From: Raillietiella orientalis
Lineage: Eukaryota
DNA length: 64,000 bases
Direction: 5' to 3'
NCBI GenBank assembly: GCA_036172245.1
Contig: JAYWIR010000013.1
Span: forward strand, 2,046,001 to 2,110,000
Part shown: positions 36,195-50,078 of the stretch, in pieces
Position numbering within the stretch: the stretch's first letter is position 1
How the letters are laid out: each line of letters begins with the position of its first letter
Notes under the pieces: generated by a model
What the model was told of the DNA's origin: nothing
What the model saw: only the letters and a program-made list of their open reading frames with translations
Databases searched by the model: none
Program-made: the position numbers and the translations under genes

Positions 36195-38757
36195 CTATAT
36201 GGTCATCCACTAATTCAACAAATTCCCTTAAATAATTAGATGAATTAGTAACTGATCGATCGTACACATATGTGCCAAATTTTTGACTAATTCAACAAAT
36301 ACCTTTAGTGAATTTTTTTAATTAGTGGATGATATATTGTAAGATGAGGGAAAAGAGTTCTCTGATTTTAAAATAATGTTTATGGTTCATTGTTGGAGAT
36401 TGCTCCTTTAACACTTTTGTGCCTACTATTAATCATATTGTTCATCTTATGCAATGCGAAATTTACTTATTTTGGACAATATTAGAGGTACTCAATTAGA
36501 ATCTTTGCACTGCAAGGTTGGCACCTATTTCAAGGTTCAAACAAAGCAGTTTATATTTGTATTTGTTTATAGATGTGAATCTTTAGCCTAGCTTACAAAA
36601 GTTAAATATAATAATTTCTTGTGAAGAATGAAGTAACAGATTATTTTCTTGTAAAAATGCACTGCAAGTACCTAGTGGTTCAGATTTCCACAAAATTGTA
36701 TGCATTGTTTGGCATTCATTAATTTAGTTTTTCACACATAAATAAAAGGCAAAATCACCATAGCGTGTAGTTAGCTTGAGTTTTTTCTGAACAGTTAATT
36801 ACTTCATAATTAATCTGTATTTAGTATTGCTATATCAGGTCATTTTTAATTTCAAACTAGTTTTGTAACTATTGTGGTCTTGACGTTTTTAAAATTTTTA
36901 TACTAGATTTCTCCATTAGTCAGGATATTCACAATTTGTCCTTACCCATAAAAATATGATTTTTTACAAACATATCAGTATTTTTTTACACATAATTTCG
37001 AAATGATTTGACATATTGAAAGGAAGCTTTTTTTATATGTTTCTCTTTTGATTCTAGAAGTATAAACTTCTAAAAATATAAATTTTTGTTGCCTTGAGGA
37101 AGAAGAGTTATGAGAATGTAATGGGAAATACGTCCTATTTTTTCTTTATAAATATTTATTTTAGAATTTGCAAATTATGTCTTGAGCAGATTCTTCTAAA
37201 CTAGCAATGGAAATTTGGTTGATTTGTCAAATAGGAGGTTTTTTCTCACCTTTGAAATACCGTTTTTGCAGACTGTGGCATTATTTTGTGATTGATGTGT
37301 TCTGGCTGAATTCAGCTCAATCACTACAAATGCATATTACTCTTCGAATTTTTCTTATTTTTATTTTCTTCGTGCTTTGAAAAAGTGCAGTTTAATAGAG
37401 GCATTATAAAAAGCAAGAAAATGCTTCTGCAAGTAATAGATTTGCTGAATGTTGAAATTGTTTATTTTTTGTAGTAGCATGATGACAAAACCTCGTGATT
37501 TTGCCACACTAATTAGGAATCGATTTGGAAGTGCTGATAATATTAGCAATTTGAAAAGTAAGACCACACCTATAGCAATACTACTGGAGAAGTATAATCT
37601 TTTAGGCTGTGTTTCAGAAGACAATGCAGAGTTGAGAGGTGAAAATTATTGTGGAAGTTACACTTTTCCTGGAACAATTTCACAAGTTCATCAAAAGGAG
37701 CTGGATAACAAGGAATTAAATCATTCAGATGAACCTTCAGAGTGCAGTTCCAGTATGACAAGTGGATCAGCTGGTGGTTTAGCAATGAATACACTTGCAT
37801 CAGTCAACTCACCACGCAATTTGGTTGGTGTAAGTATTTGGTTCTATTGTTGTTATAACAATTTAGAACTACTAGCTCTGTTAAATTTAAGTTGAGTCCA
37901 TGCTTTACGGGCTTCTTAATATGAAACAGATACGCAAAGTTGGTAGTTCTCTTCACAAACATGGAGTTAATAATCATGTGAAAACTAGCTCAGAACAGTT
38001 GTCACCAAATGCTGTAATTGCAACCTCCACATTCCAGCTTGGTTCACATAGCCTTGAAACTATTTTTCATGAATTGCAAGATATTCGTGATGAAATCGAG
38101 CATATCCAACAAGAAAGGAAAAAAATGCAAAGACGTTGTCAAATGGATAATGAAACTATTAACCAAGGTATACAAGAGGAACACTTTCGAGTAGAACGTT
38201 TGGAAGAGCAAGTCAATGACCTTATTGAGCTTCATCAGAATGAAATGGAAAATCTGAAAACAAGCATTAATGATATGGAAGAAAAAGTTCTCTATCAGAA
38301 TGAGGAACGTGTGCGTGACATTTGGGAAATGTTAGATGCTTGTCATACAAAGGTATGCTGAATGCATACACAGTATTAAATGTAACGACTTTTTGCCAGA
38401 TTTCTCAATTAGAACATCAGCAGCAGCAACATCAGCAGTTGGTTACTTTGGAAGGCATTCAAAATTCGAATGCAAGAGCTGTTGTTGTTAAGTTAATCAA
38501 TATTTTGTTGACCATCCTGCAAGTGATTCTTCTGTTACTAGCAACAATTATAGGAATCATTATGCCATTCTTTCGAACAAGGTATTATTCAACTGACCTA
38601 TTTCCATGGGTTCATCTTTTTATTCAGGATACGCATTCTCATCACTATGGTTATGATTGCTATATCGGTGTTTGTATATCATAACAAAGAAGAAGCATTG
38701 GATTTATGCCATATTATGTACTTATGGGTATTGCGCAAATTCTTTTCTTCCAACTGA
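35366..38757 (+). CDS. TMCC: Transmembrane and coiled-coil domain protein (TMCC/TEX28 family; Drosophila Dementin-like)
   Basis: join(35366..35627,35694..35916,35976..36020,37475..37557,37606..37829,37930..38352,38400..38581,38628..38757); DNVNEYL..FEKK, KPRDFATLIRNRFGSADNI, ERLEEQVNDLIELHQNEMENLK..MEEKV.YQ..ERVRDI, two C-terminal hydrophobic helices. The ATG follows an acceptor, so upstream exons may exist. Confidence 0.92.
36099..36197. repeat. Compound (TG)n/(TA)n/(TATG)n microsatellite in a TMCC intron
   Basis: Directly visible alternating purine-pyrimidine tract. Confidence 0.95.
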
Positions 38758-39109
38758 GTGTTTACCTGCTGACCAGCATATGCAGTTGTAAACATTGTTT
38801 GCATGGGATATTTTTTTCTACATTGATCGACCTTGCAACATCAGTAAACTTGTTTTATAAACATTGATGTGCTTGTAATAAAATTCAAGAAGACTATTTA
38901 AATTTGATAACGTTTTTTCAACCCCTTTTTTTTGTAAACATAAGGATCGAGGTGGCTTATCGTTGAGTGTTACTGTCTAAATTTTATTGCGGTTTTGTTT
39001 ACGTTTTGCTTATAATGTGATTGCTCTGAGGGATCGCAGTGTGTATTCTATAACGAACAATGAAGTGGTAATCCATTTGGTTTTAGCCATGTCGTGAGAG
39101 TCGTAAGAA

Positions 39110-39197
39110 TGTCGCGGGAATTATCACGGAATTCGAACACGGGCTTCAGTTGCGTTTTGGAAACAGGAGTACAATATCAGCCGTACCATTGAGACCA
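39110..39197 (-). mobile_element. Possible tRNA-derived SINE head
   Basis: Minus strand ggtctcaatggtacggctg (A-box-like) ... gtgttcgaattcc (B-box-like). It does not fold as a clean tRNA. Confidence 0.35.
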
Positions 39198-39293
39198 AAT
39201 ATGTGGAGACGGAAGTTTTGCAAGTACGGTGGATTCACGGTGCAGATTATTACATGCGACTCGCAGAAAGTGTCAGTAAATGGTACATGAAAC

Positions 39294-39455
39294 AGCAATA
39301 ATGATCAAACTGTTGAAATAGTCACATTTAATTTCCCCTCTAAATACTTTTGCAAGCGTTATCTCAAACTGCTCTTTTAGAGTAAAGTTGTTTATTAGCT
39401 CATCGACCCTCGACAACCCAAAATGGTGTATCCATATTCCATCGTTGATTTCTAT
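39294..39455 (-). pseudogene. Bacterial (Wolbachia-like) large NAD-glutamate dehydrogenase gene fragment
   Basis: 54 open codons IEINDGIWIHHFGLSRVDELINNFTLKEQFEITLAKVFRGEIKCDYFNSLIIIA, matching the recalled F..AL..V..G.IE.D.FN.L.L.AG motif of large bacterial NAD-GDH and especially Wolbachia versions. Not database-verified. Confidence 0.7.
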
Positions 39456-39551
39456 TATTATAATAAAACTTTTATAGCTCAGCGAATCCATTAAGTGGCA
39501 ATACAAAATATTATCTCTTTCATCATGATATTGGTTTTCATGATGTATGAA

Positions 39552-39635
39552 TTATCTGTAGCAATTGCCGATATGGCAACTGACCTGTATTCAGTTTCAC
39601 TACCGAGCATTGCCCATTATTTTGAAGTAGAAGGC
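39552..39635 (+). pseudogene. Bacterial (Wolbachia-like) Bcr/CflA MFS transporter N-terminal fragment
   Basis: LSVAIADMATDLYSVSLPSIAHYFEVEG matches the Bcr/CflA TM1 motif (D.Y.P.LP.I...F), in the form I recall from Wolbachia. Not database-verified. Confidence 0.7.
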
Positions 39636-42600
39636 CATGGCATCGGATAAGTGATGAGGGATGTCGATGAAAATTACGTATAAATGACTGATTCGTTTTA
39701 ATTATACAAACCAGTATATGAAGTGTATAATGCTGAACATGATAAAAAAAAAAAGCATAACAGAGAATGAATTGGTTATAACTGCATTATAATTCGCAAC
39801 AAAATGGTTAACATGCAGTCCAACATCAGTTCCTCGTTGTAGTTTTTACCAATGACTTCAGTGGGCCTCGTGTGCAACGTCGTGCAAGAAGAGTTTTAAA
39901 AAACTAATGAGTTACTTCGAAAATAAAATGCAAACACTCTTCGCATAGTAGATCCTTAAAACAAAATCGTTAGAAAATCGAAGGAGACAAAACAGAACAA
40001 AAACAAATAATAGGATATGCATCAGATGATAGGATTCATGTATACCTACTACAGACGAGTACCTACATAATTGAGGGAATGTTGAGAAAATTGAACATGG
40101 ACGAGAAATGTGAATCAACAAAAGTAACAGAAAAAATGGCATAACACAGAATGATCAAAAGTATGATTGTTACTTCAGTAACTCTAAAGTTATTGAATCC
40201 TGAAGTATGATTATGAATGTTTGTCTGTTGGCATTACTGCAATAAGTTTCATACGTGTCTTTGCCTGGCACATCCAAAAGATTGTCCAAATACGCGAAGG
40301 TGCAAAGTCCTCAAAGTCTTCAGAGTGCCAAAAGAAAAGCCATTTTCATTAGATGTGAAAGCAGAGGCAGCAATTTAGAATTTAATTAAGGCCTCCTTAA
40401 ATTAAATTCTAGTTCTTTGGTACCTAGTCAAAACGCTTGTTATCGCGTTTATATACGTACTAAACTCTTATATAATTGTTACTGAATTAATCCTTGAAGT
40501 GTTTTATGATGAAAACATACTCCAAACGCAAATAGTAAGATTTTTTGTAAGAATGAACACAGACTTGACGTTAACAGTGAAAATCATCTAATGGGTATTT
40601 CAATGCAAATTCACATTCGGATCATCAGTGGTACTTTGGGAAAGGGGGGGGGGGAATTGGATATCAATACAGAGAGTGAATTTCAAGAGAAGTATTACGA
40701 AGTGTTTGGTTTTCCAGTGTTTATTCAGAAATTCAGAAAATTTATGCCTGGACTATAGTCCAGGCAGAAACCATAGTAGGCGAAACTCTGCAAACGTCGC
40801 CAAAGAAGGAATGGGAACGTATCAAGGGTAAAAAAGTAGACAGGGTGAATAAATGCTTCTTGAATAAATACTGATAAAAAAAAATCCCATGCGAAGTATC
40901 TTTTTTTCTATTCCAATATTTATAATGTGAAGTGAGAACAATATGAATAAAAGTACGATTCCGCCTAAAATCTATAAAAGCTCAAGCTTTCATATAGATT
41001 GTACTATGGATTGAAAATCAGATATTTTCCACTATTTTAAGAATCCATTTATTTCATGCCAATTAATCCTAAAGAAAGGAAACATTCTTCACTAAATGAT
41101 AATCTCAATCATCATTTTGTAGCCATTTGTTTAGCAATACAGATATTATTAAGATCTTAAAGTTATCAAAAAACAAATTCAGGGTATGAGAATCGAAAGT
41201 TTCCATATTTTTTTCACACACATAAGTACGTATAAAATAGCAAACTAATTGGAATATGACTAGGTTAAAACAATGCTGAAGAATCACCGAAAACTTATTT
41301 GAGCCATTTTAGCAGTTCCTCTGCGATCAGGCTTTCAAAGAACCAAGTGATTTGTGAGTCTCTATAGATAGTGTGTGGCAATGAGGAAGTATAAGCGAAG
41401 GTGATATTGCAAATACTCTTTACAAAAGAATTCAGAGGAGATACAACCAGTTGTATCTGTAAATTGTATTTTCGGTTAGGGCGTATGAATAAATTTTCTA
41501 AGAAGGACGCAGAACGAAGGGATCTTCGGCTGCAACAATAGGATGAAAAAACAAAAATCGTGTCGAAGATACTGTGGAAATTATTCTTCAGACAACAAAC
41601 GACTCTATCCCTATATTTTTATTCTGCTTAGGAATTCGTGTGAGTGTTAAGATCATCAGAGGGCTTCTTAAGCGCCACAAAAGTAGCTATAATTTAGGAA
41701 GCTGTTTAAAAAAGTCGTTTATCTTCAATTCAATAAAGATATGTAAATCTGCTAAAAATGGGAAGCCAAATCTGCTGATAAGAAGTGTATAAGATAAGCT
41801 TTATGTTGAAAATAGCAAATAACACGGTTGTGTATTCGCTTTATTTTGACAAAAAATGTGCAAAAATTGATGCTATTTTGTAAAAGGTATATTTTGAACG
41901 AACCATTTTGATTACGGTTTGGTTGTTTTAAAATGTTAAAATGATTGGAATTCTACTCTTGTTAAGAGGAGTATTGCAAAAGCGTACCAATTTAAGTGTA
42001 ATCATGTAAATCAACTAGAAATATCTTTTCAAGATCTAGACAATGGTTTAAAAAAAGGTATTCAGGTTTTTACAGTTTTGTACACTGATTTGAATTTTTT
42101 CTACCAAAAACCTTCAATGCTTCTGTAAATGTATGTGATCTTGGTTGAAACCAAACGAATAGAATTTGGGTCTAATGATCTACAGCATTAACTTGTATGG
42201 CGGACTGTAAAATGAAATAAGGACAATTATTTCAAGAAAACTGAATAATGTAAAAACGATTCAAGCGTGGTTTCTAGGATTTCCCTGAAGAGCTAAACGA
42301 AGAAATTTGATAGAATTTTGCCTTTGAAAAGTGCTTGTTCTTTAATTTGCAAGCAATGAGCGCGATTGGCATAATAGACTTAGGTCGCTAGGTCGCGCTT
42401 AATTTTGTTGTGCATGGTTAAGTAAATTGAGATTAATTGTATGAAAATTCAGTATTTCTTTTGACCACAGAAATCGTTGGCTACTGGGTATTGATTAGTT
42501 TAAGTTAGGATCTATTTTAGAAGTAATGTGTTATTTTTCATTTAAAGTTAGAAAAGTGGTAACTTGACGATTTTGCTCCATTTTAAATAGTCTTCGTTGT

Positions 42601-42832
42601 TTTCAAAATAAGTTCGTGTCTTGTGCGTTTTTGTTGGTATTGTAATACATACCAGATCAATGAGGAACTGATCATATGCTTGAAAATTACACGGTGGTGT
42701 AGGTTTTCGGTACTTGCCTGTGTATACGTGAATTGCAACATAAATTACTGTTGTGCTTATTGTGTTGCATTGGCAGGTTGATTTTTGTTTTGTTTTTTTA
42801 AAAAAAAATGGCTTCATATTTTGAATTTTTAG

Positions 42833-45800
42833 GATAAAAATGAGTTTTCATTCAAAGTACTAGTGGTGGGTGAGCTGGGTACTGGGAAAACCAGTTTTAT
42901 TAAAAGGTATGTTCATCAGCAGTTTTCTGAATATTATAAAGCAACAATTGGTGTGGATTTTGCAACAAAAGTAATTACATGGAATTCCAATACTGTTATC
43001 AAGTTACAGTTTTGGGATATTGCTGGTGAGATGACATTTCCTTTTTTGAAAGTAAAGTGCCATCAGGTCAGGAAAGATTTGGCAACATGACCAGAGTGTT
43101 TTATAAGGAAGCCAAAGGAGCTTTTATTGTGTGCGATGTAACCAGAGTTCAAACATTTCATTCAATCCTTAATTGGAAGATTGATCTTGATGAAAAAGTT
43201 CGGCTTCCAAATGGAGCACCTATCCCATGTGTAATTCTCGCTAATAAGGTATAATTTGCAAAGCTTTATTTCTTGTAGCATTATAAAACATAGTGTGCAT
43301 GTTGGATCCAAAAGAATTTTAGGTACTGAGAGATTCATGTCATCAGTTCATCTTAAATGTCTTTAAACTATTAGGTTGATTTTTTTTCAAATATGTAATT
43401 TTTCTTTTGCTCCTGGCAGCAGTATCTTAATAATGTTATAATAATGCAAAAATGGGTTAATCAATGCTGTAATTACTGATATGGATTTCATCTTTCCGAA
43501 ATTATGAAGTTGTGTTTTATCAGATTTTCATTAAAGTCGCATCTGAGTTTAAAATCTACATTTGAATAATGTGTTTTATTGTTTCATATTTAAAACCTTT
43601 TTTGTGAATGCGCATACAAACTAACCTAATTTGAATGCCTTTTTGTATTGTATGTGTTTTAAGTATTCATAATTGTTTTCCTATTGGGCTTTTTTTTCTT
43701 TCGATTTCCTGGAGTTCAGCTCCTCAAACTTCTATAGGATGATATACACTTAGGGTTTCTCATCTTTCGTACCCTTCATTTGTCTGCAGAACCCATTTTA
43801 ACAAACTAACATTCATTTGATAGACTTTATTGGCCTATTTCAATCTGATTTCTTCTTTTTCTTAGTTTTTACCACTCTTTGCCAAGACTAGCAACATTCT
43901 AAGTCCTTATTGTGTTCTGCTCCATGTTCTTTAGCATTACTTCACAAGCATTTTCCCAGATATATTGTTGAACGTGATATTTTTTGTTGGCTGCACTTAT
44001 AAGTTTGAACAAGTTTTCTGTGACTACCATTCAAATGTGAATTAATGTTTTGTAACATAATAGTTTGATAACTGTTTAAGTTAATTTTTGTTATTGATTC
44101 TTTTTTGGAGCATTTGATTGAAAGATGCATTGAAATCGGAGGGTTGTTCAGAATATAAGTTTACAAGATCAGTTGGTGCATTATGCAAGCACAGCTGTTG
44201 ACATGTTGCTGTCTTGCTACTTTCCACAACCCATGTGAAACAAGCTCATGAGAAACATTAGTTTGCTCAAATTTATAGTGTATATCTCTGATAGCAGCAG
44301 TATATTCTACATGTTTCTTCTCTTTTCTTTTTTTTATTAATTTAAAAATATGTGCATTAGTCCAATCATTGGTAATGCAACACAATGCTGTGCAAGACCT
44401 TTAGTGTGTTTCTTCTCTGAGCTGTGCTTTTATGCTCATTTTGGATTCACGGTCCAGTAAATAGCATTCACTGGACTTCGAATTCGATTGATATACACTA
44501 TCAATCACAGATGATCATCTGACAGCAATTCCAAGCAAAGTTTTGGCAGCTTTTTGTTCAAGTTTAGCAAGAATCACTCTGTCATTTTGGTATTCTTGTG
44601 ACTACAACACGGGTGCAAACATCATTACCTTGCTGTTCTCTGTTGTGCTTTTTTCTTCCCAATTTTGTTTCAACAACTTCTAGAATGATACCATCTCCTC
44701 CAGTAACTTCTTGTTCCTCATCTAGGTTATTTCCAAGAAACCTGTGAAACTGTTCATGCCCAGTTGATAGCATCTTTGTGGAATGGCTGATTAAGCTGAT
44801 CACTCAAGAGACAGAAAGATCCAGTTACAAATCTAAAAGATGTAGGATTTCGCAGCATTTACAGATGCTATCAAAGAAGGTGAATTTTCTTTTCCTAAGC
44901 TCTTTACAGCCTGTCACTGGGTATTGGAAGGTGAAAATTTCAAATCAGTGCTGCATCTGTTGCTTGTATTTGGAAAAAACTTTGTATAGTACAACTTTGT
45001 AAGATGTATACAGAGCAGAGACTTTCTGCATGTGACTTATGGAACTTCATTTCATAAACTGTGGGAAGAGAATGTGCAAATGAAAAAATCCAACCCAATA
45101 GTTTTGTGAGGCATGCTTAGCAGCACTACAATCTAGGTCAACTATGCCTGTCAAGATCTATATTTTAAAGATGGCTGTTCCTGTAAACATATGATTCCTA
45201 CATAAATTGCAAGCTGCAATTTGCTTTTTAAACATGAAAAATATTTCCACTTCACAGAAGATGAACACCAGCACGTTGAAATTTGTGGAATTATTTTGTT
45301 TGGCAAATGTGTGAAAGTAGCCAGAGTTTCAAAAAGGAAGGCAATCAACAAACTGAACTCAGTTGCAAGCCAAGGATCTTTCAGTTTACTTGCAATCAAA
45401 GCCTTGTTCCATGATGTATATGTTAGAATTCATTAGATTATATGGAAGAACACAAACTGTCGAACTGTTTTGTATTGTCTATCTCAGAATAAATTCAGTT
45501 TTTAAAAACATTCAGTAAACTTACTGCATGAACAACCAATGTATGTTAATGCTTGGCCATTTACATTGAAATAATAAATATGATGAGAATGTACTGCAGT
45601 GTGTAAATACAGCCAACAATAATTTGTCAATTTTTTTTTTATGGAATTCGATTCTTTAAGAAATAAGATGAATTTTTGTTAATGTGTGCATTTTAAATAA
45701 GTGTACATGAGAATGTCTATTCCATTTTTCTTATAGTGTGATCAGAGCAATAAAGAAGTCATTGATAATGCTATTGTAGATCAAATTTCTAGTAGTCAAA

Positions 45801-46776
45801 ATTTTTGTGGCTGGTTTAAGACATCTGTAAAAGAAAATATAAACATTAATGAGTCTGTGGACTTTATTGTATCAAAGGTAAGAAAAATCATGTTCTGTTG
45901 GAATTTTATAATAGAACTTTATTTAATGGCGATTCCTATTTACACAGGAATGTCATACATATCATATGCAAAGTTTTTAAATTGTCATATTTGAGAAACA
46001 CCCTAACTGTACTATGAGAAATTGCTGGTAACTTGGATGAACAAACTTATGTACATGCAATTTTGTTAATGAAAAGTTTCACTAATGTAAACCTTATTAT
46101 CAATTCAGAATTTCATGAATTCCATTCTCATGAATTTCTTGTTAATTACTCATGTGAAACCCAATTTCTTTTTATCTTTGCATCAAAGTAATGTTCAGCA
46201 GGAGTTGATACCTGTGCCAATATGACAGTTTTACGTATATGACAAAGAAATCTAGCATTTGTGTTTTTTTGGAAATGTTTATGAACTGTATGTCTCTTGC
46301 CTTTCCCTGTTCTGCTGAAACATCAATGCTTAAGTATAACTTTTCGTGAAATGATTTTTTGAAATTAAAATACAAAATGAGATATATTGTTTTAGTGTAA
46401 TTCGTTGGAACTCAGAAACTTGTTAAAAATATGTGTTCAACAGCCATTGGCAGTTATTTCAACATTACATTTGCTTTAAGCAGACATAAGTCAATTGCGA
46501 GTGCTTTTCAGCTTACAGTTTTCAGCTTATTAGTTGGTTCATTTATGCACAGTAGTAAAGCATTCAAAAACTCCTTTGTGTAACATCTTTCAAAAAGTAA
46601 AAGTGATTAAAACACAAAAGAAATACATTACAAGAAATGTGTCTTTATTGGTCTTATATTTCTTTTGTGTCTTATAGATGCTGATCACTGCCATTGATTC
46701 ATCATCTGCTCCAGTTGATGATCAGAAAGTCATCATAACCCATGGAATGCATAATGACAGAAAATGCAGTTGCTAA
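42833..46776 (+). CDS. Rab32: Rab32/Rab38-family small GTPase (lightoid/glo-1-like)
   Basis: join(42833..43025,43067..43248,45737..45877,46678..46776); GELGTGKTS, YKATIGVDF, WDIAGQERFGNMTRVFYKEA (the WDIAGQE variant is typical of the Rab32/38/29 group), LANKCD, WFKTSVKEN, C-terminal CSC. The start codon is in an upstream exon, possibly ATG|gt at 42414-42416. Confidence 0.92.
43700..45400 (-). mobile_element. Old LINE (CR1/L2/jockey-like) RT relic in a Rab32 intron
   Basis: Minus-strand remnants KDPWL and AVKSL..KS..DSI in linker/RT order; highly decayed. Confidence 0.3.
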
Positions 46777-49700
46777 CATTTCTGTAATGTTTTTATTCTT
46801 GGCAGTTTCATGTGTTCCCATATGTGAATGGAATCAATATTTTCAGGAATAAAGTTTTAGACAGCTAATTGTTTAAAGATGGGGATTCTGTTTCCATTTT
46901 TTTCAGCACATATTCCAAAAACGTAATAATTCATTTAGAATCAGGCATGCATTGGTCATTGAGTGCAAATTCCCAAGTTTCACTATTGGAAAGTTTGGGT
47001 TTAGGGAGACATACTCTGAATGTTGCATAGCAATAAGTGAATTAGTATATTTAAACATGAACTCGTGAGAAAACCAGTTAAAAGTGAAAGGTGAATGCCA
47101 GTTATCAAAATACAAAATTTCCCTACTTCTAAAACAGATGAGTAAACAGTAACAGATAGGAGTATGTGTGTATTTGGGTGTTTTTTAATTTTTTCCATAG
47201 TGCCGTGATAGAAATAAAAAATTAGATGACCAAAAATAATGACGTTTACAAAATCACATTTACAAGTTCGAGATCTATTCAAATAAAAAGGCAATTACAA
47301 TGAAATCAAATTCAAATACCAGAAGCCTTTTAGAAACTTGAGGATGCACAAAGACAAACATTTTCATTATTTAGGAGTTAGGGTAGGGTAGGAGGGGATT
47401 TTGTATGGTAATATAGTTAAAGTTAAAAAACTGGATGGTCCAATTCGCAAAAATTCACAACAGAGCCCCGAAGCATTAAAACCAATTTGCAGTTTTGCGA
47501 AAGGAAAGGCCAAAGGATACCCGTATTTGGAGAATGTTCTCAAAGTAGCTTTAACAAATCAGTTGTAGCGAGCAGCTGATCATTTCCACGTCCATGATGC
47601 GATTAAATGCATGAGACCACAATAGGAACGGTAGACGTTGGACTGTCAATACATTTGCTGAGGAACAAACTGAGGAAGGTACTCGAAGGAAACTCACAAT
47701 AGGTTTGTGAATCATGGCATTACGTTGTGAAAACATAGTGACTATCAAGACAAAAATATCGTCCGACAAGTACAACCTTGTCCAGTAAACAGCAACTTAT
47801 TCATAAGCAAATAACTTATGGATACATATTACAGTTCTCATTACTGGAATATGGAAATAATGAAACCGAAATCGTCTTATACATGATGGAATTTAAACAT
47901 CTCCTATTTGTTTCCGGTTTATTGACTGTCATTGCAATGCGTAAATGTTTCGAGTCCAGTTACGACCGCAAACAAATTGATCAAGCAATTTCGAGAAAGG
48001 TAAAAACGGAGTTTCATCAAACTATTAGTTACTTCTGCTGACTGATTTAGAATTTCGTATCTCCACAAGAAGTTTTCTAGTACTATTTAACTGTTTGAAA
48101 GACTGCCAGGATTTTAGGGCAGAATGCTCAAAACACTTTTTTCTTAAATTCTCTCGAAAGGCTAAAATTCTTTTGAAACTCGGAAAAGTGCACATTTGAA
48201 GTGTATACAAATCCTTCTTGCCTAAAAAACACACACAAAAAAAACTAGCTTAAGATATAAGAAAATTATTCTTTTAAGGATTCATATAGGTTTCATGTGC
48301 AGGTTGGTAACTTTGATCTGAGCTTCTCAGCGAGTGTTTAAATTCAAATCAATTTTCAATTTCTTGGTTTGCTTTGATCAGTTTTTTTGGAGTCATGATA
48401 CTAAGCCTTGTAGACAAGGTTCGTATGATCCTCTGTTTCCTAGCAATCATTCCATCTTCAGCTTTTTGTGTTCATCTTTCTAATTTTAAATTCTTCTATT
48501 CGATAGTGAATTCGATACTCAACTGAGATTATTTGGTTAGTATCTGTTACTTTTATGTAAATATCTGAACAAATTCATGAATGAACTTGTAAGAATGATG
48601 CAATATTTTGCGATGCAATATCTTGTTGATCTTTCCTAGAAATTGTAGACCAAAAGTTTGCCCGTTTATTTTATCGTGATATTCTTTAAAAAATTGTCTG
48701 TTTTCTGCCTTCCTACGAAATAAGTGAATTATGAGATATGTTAAAAAAAGCTATTTGCACAATATTTCACAGAGATAATGTTGTTTTGCAGATTTTGATA
48801 TCGAAGAAAACTATATCTGTAGAACAAACATACATCCTGAAATGTCCATTCAGTTATTAACACATTATTTTTTTATGAAAACAAAGCAGCAAACGTATTT
48901 AAAATAAAAGATTGCATAATATACGATAATGGGATCGATATGGAAAGAATTCTCTAAAACAAAAAAGAAACAAACATACCGATAGTGAATACATTCATGT
49001 TGGAAACAAACTTAAATCGTCTAATCTTGACTCAATTCTTTCCTGTTCTTTTCCTATTTGTTTTATACCTGCATCGAAGTTATGGCTAGCGGCTAAGTAC
49101 GTGCTATATTGGCGATCAGAAAATTTGGTGTTTGAAGCCCCTTAATTTAGTCATAGGAAGTCATAACATGCTTCTAAGAAGGGAATCAAAATTTCTTGCT
49201 TCTTACATTGAAAAAGTAGCAATAATAGTATCGTGCAGTGTTTCCGTACTGATTAAATAACTCGAGTTTATGACTGTATTCGGATTGTTTTATCCTTTAT
49301 GTAAAGTATTCATACCTTGTTATATGTTTTTCTTAATATCTGAAGTCAAACATGGAGAAATGTCTATCATTTACAGTATTGGTTGTGCTTTTCCTTCAAA
49401 TAGAATTATAAGATATCAAAAACTAGGTAAACTTAGTTAAGGTGTTTTCTAATTCATTCTTTTATTTTTGATTTAATGAGTTCCAGATACTATAATAATA
49501 TTAATTAAGCGTAAAAACATTGAATGTGATTGTTAAACCATGAGTTTCAATCATTGAGGATGCACAAATCAGAAAGAGACATGCGGATCGTTCAATGAAT
49601 CTTGAAGCTACTTGTTTCAAATGATAAATAGAAATTCTTAGTATTCCTGTGTGATATCTGATACCTATACTATATTTTCGATTAAAATTCATTTATTAAT

Positions 49701-50078
49701 TTTGTCCATTTATTTTATCCATATTTATTTATTAAGTCAGTTTATTTAAAATTCGAATTGATTTAATGTCTTCCAAAGATCCGAATGATATATATTAACA
49801 GTAGATAAAATTTACGCACCTCAGTTTTCAAATGTTTGCATTCCCTTTTTACAGTAATTAAAAGTATTAACTCTCAGTTTGAATTCATCCTAATTTAATA
49901 ATTATTAATATGAATACAGTGCTTCGTTAGAATAAAAATCATCCCTATATGAGCATTTATTGGGTGTTTGGATGCAATTATCTATTGGTAGATGCTTTGA
50001 CATCCCTGCTCCTTTGTAGTGAGGCATGATTTGAACGTGTGGCTGTTGCTCTGCTATCGAGCCACCGAAGTTTGAAAG

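Noticed and set aside
39110..39197. tRNA gene
   Set aside because: It has A/B-box-like motifs but no cloverleaf pairing; at best a SINE head.
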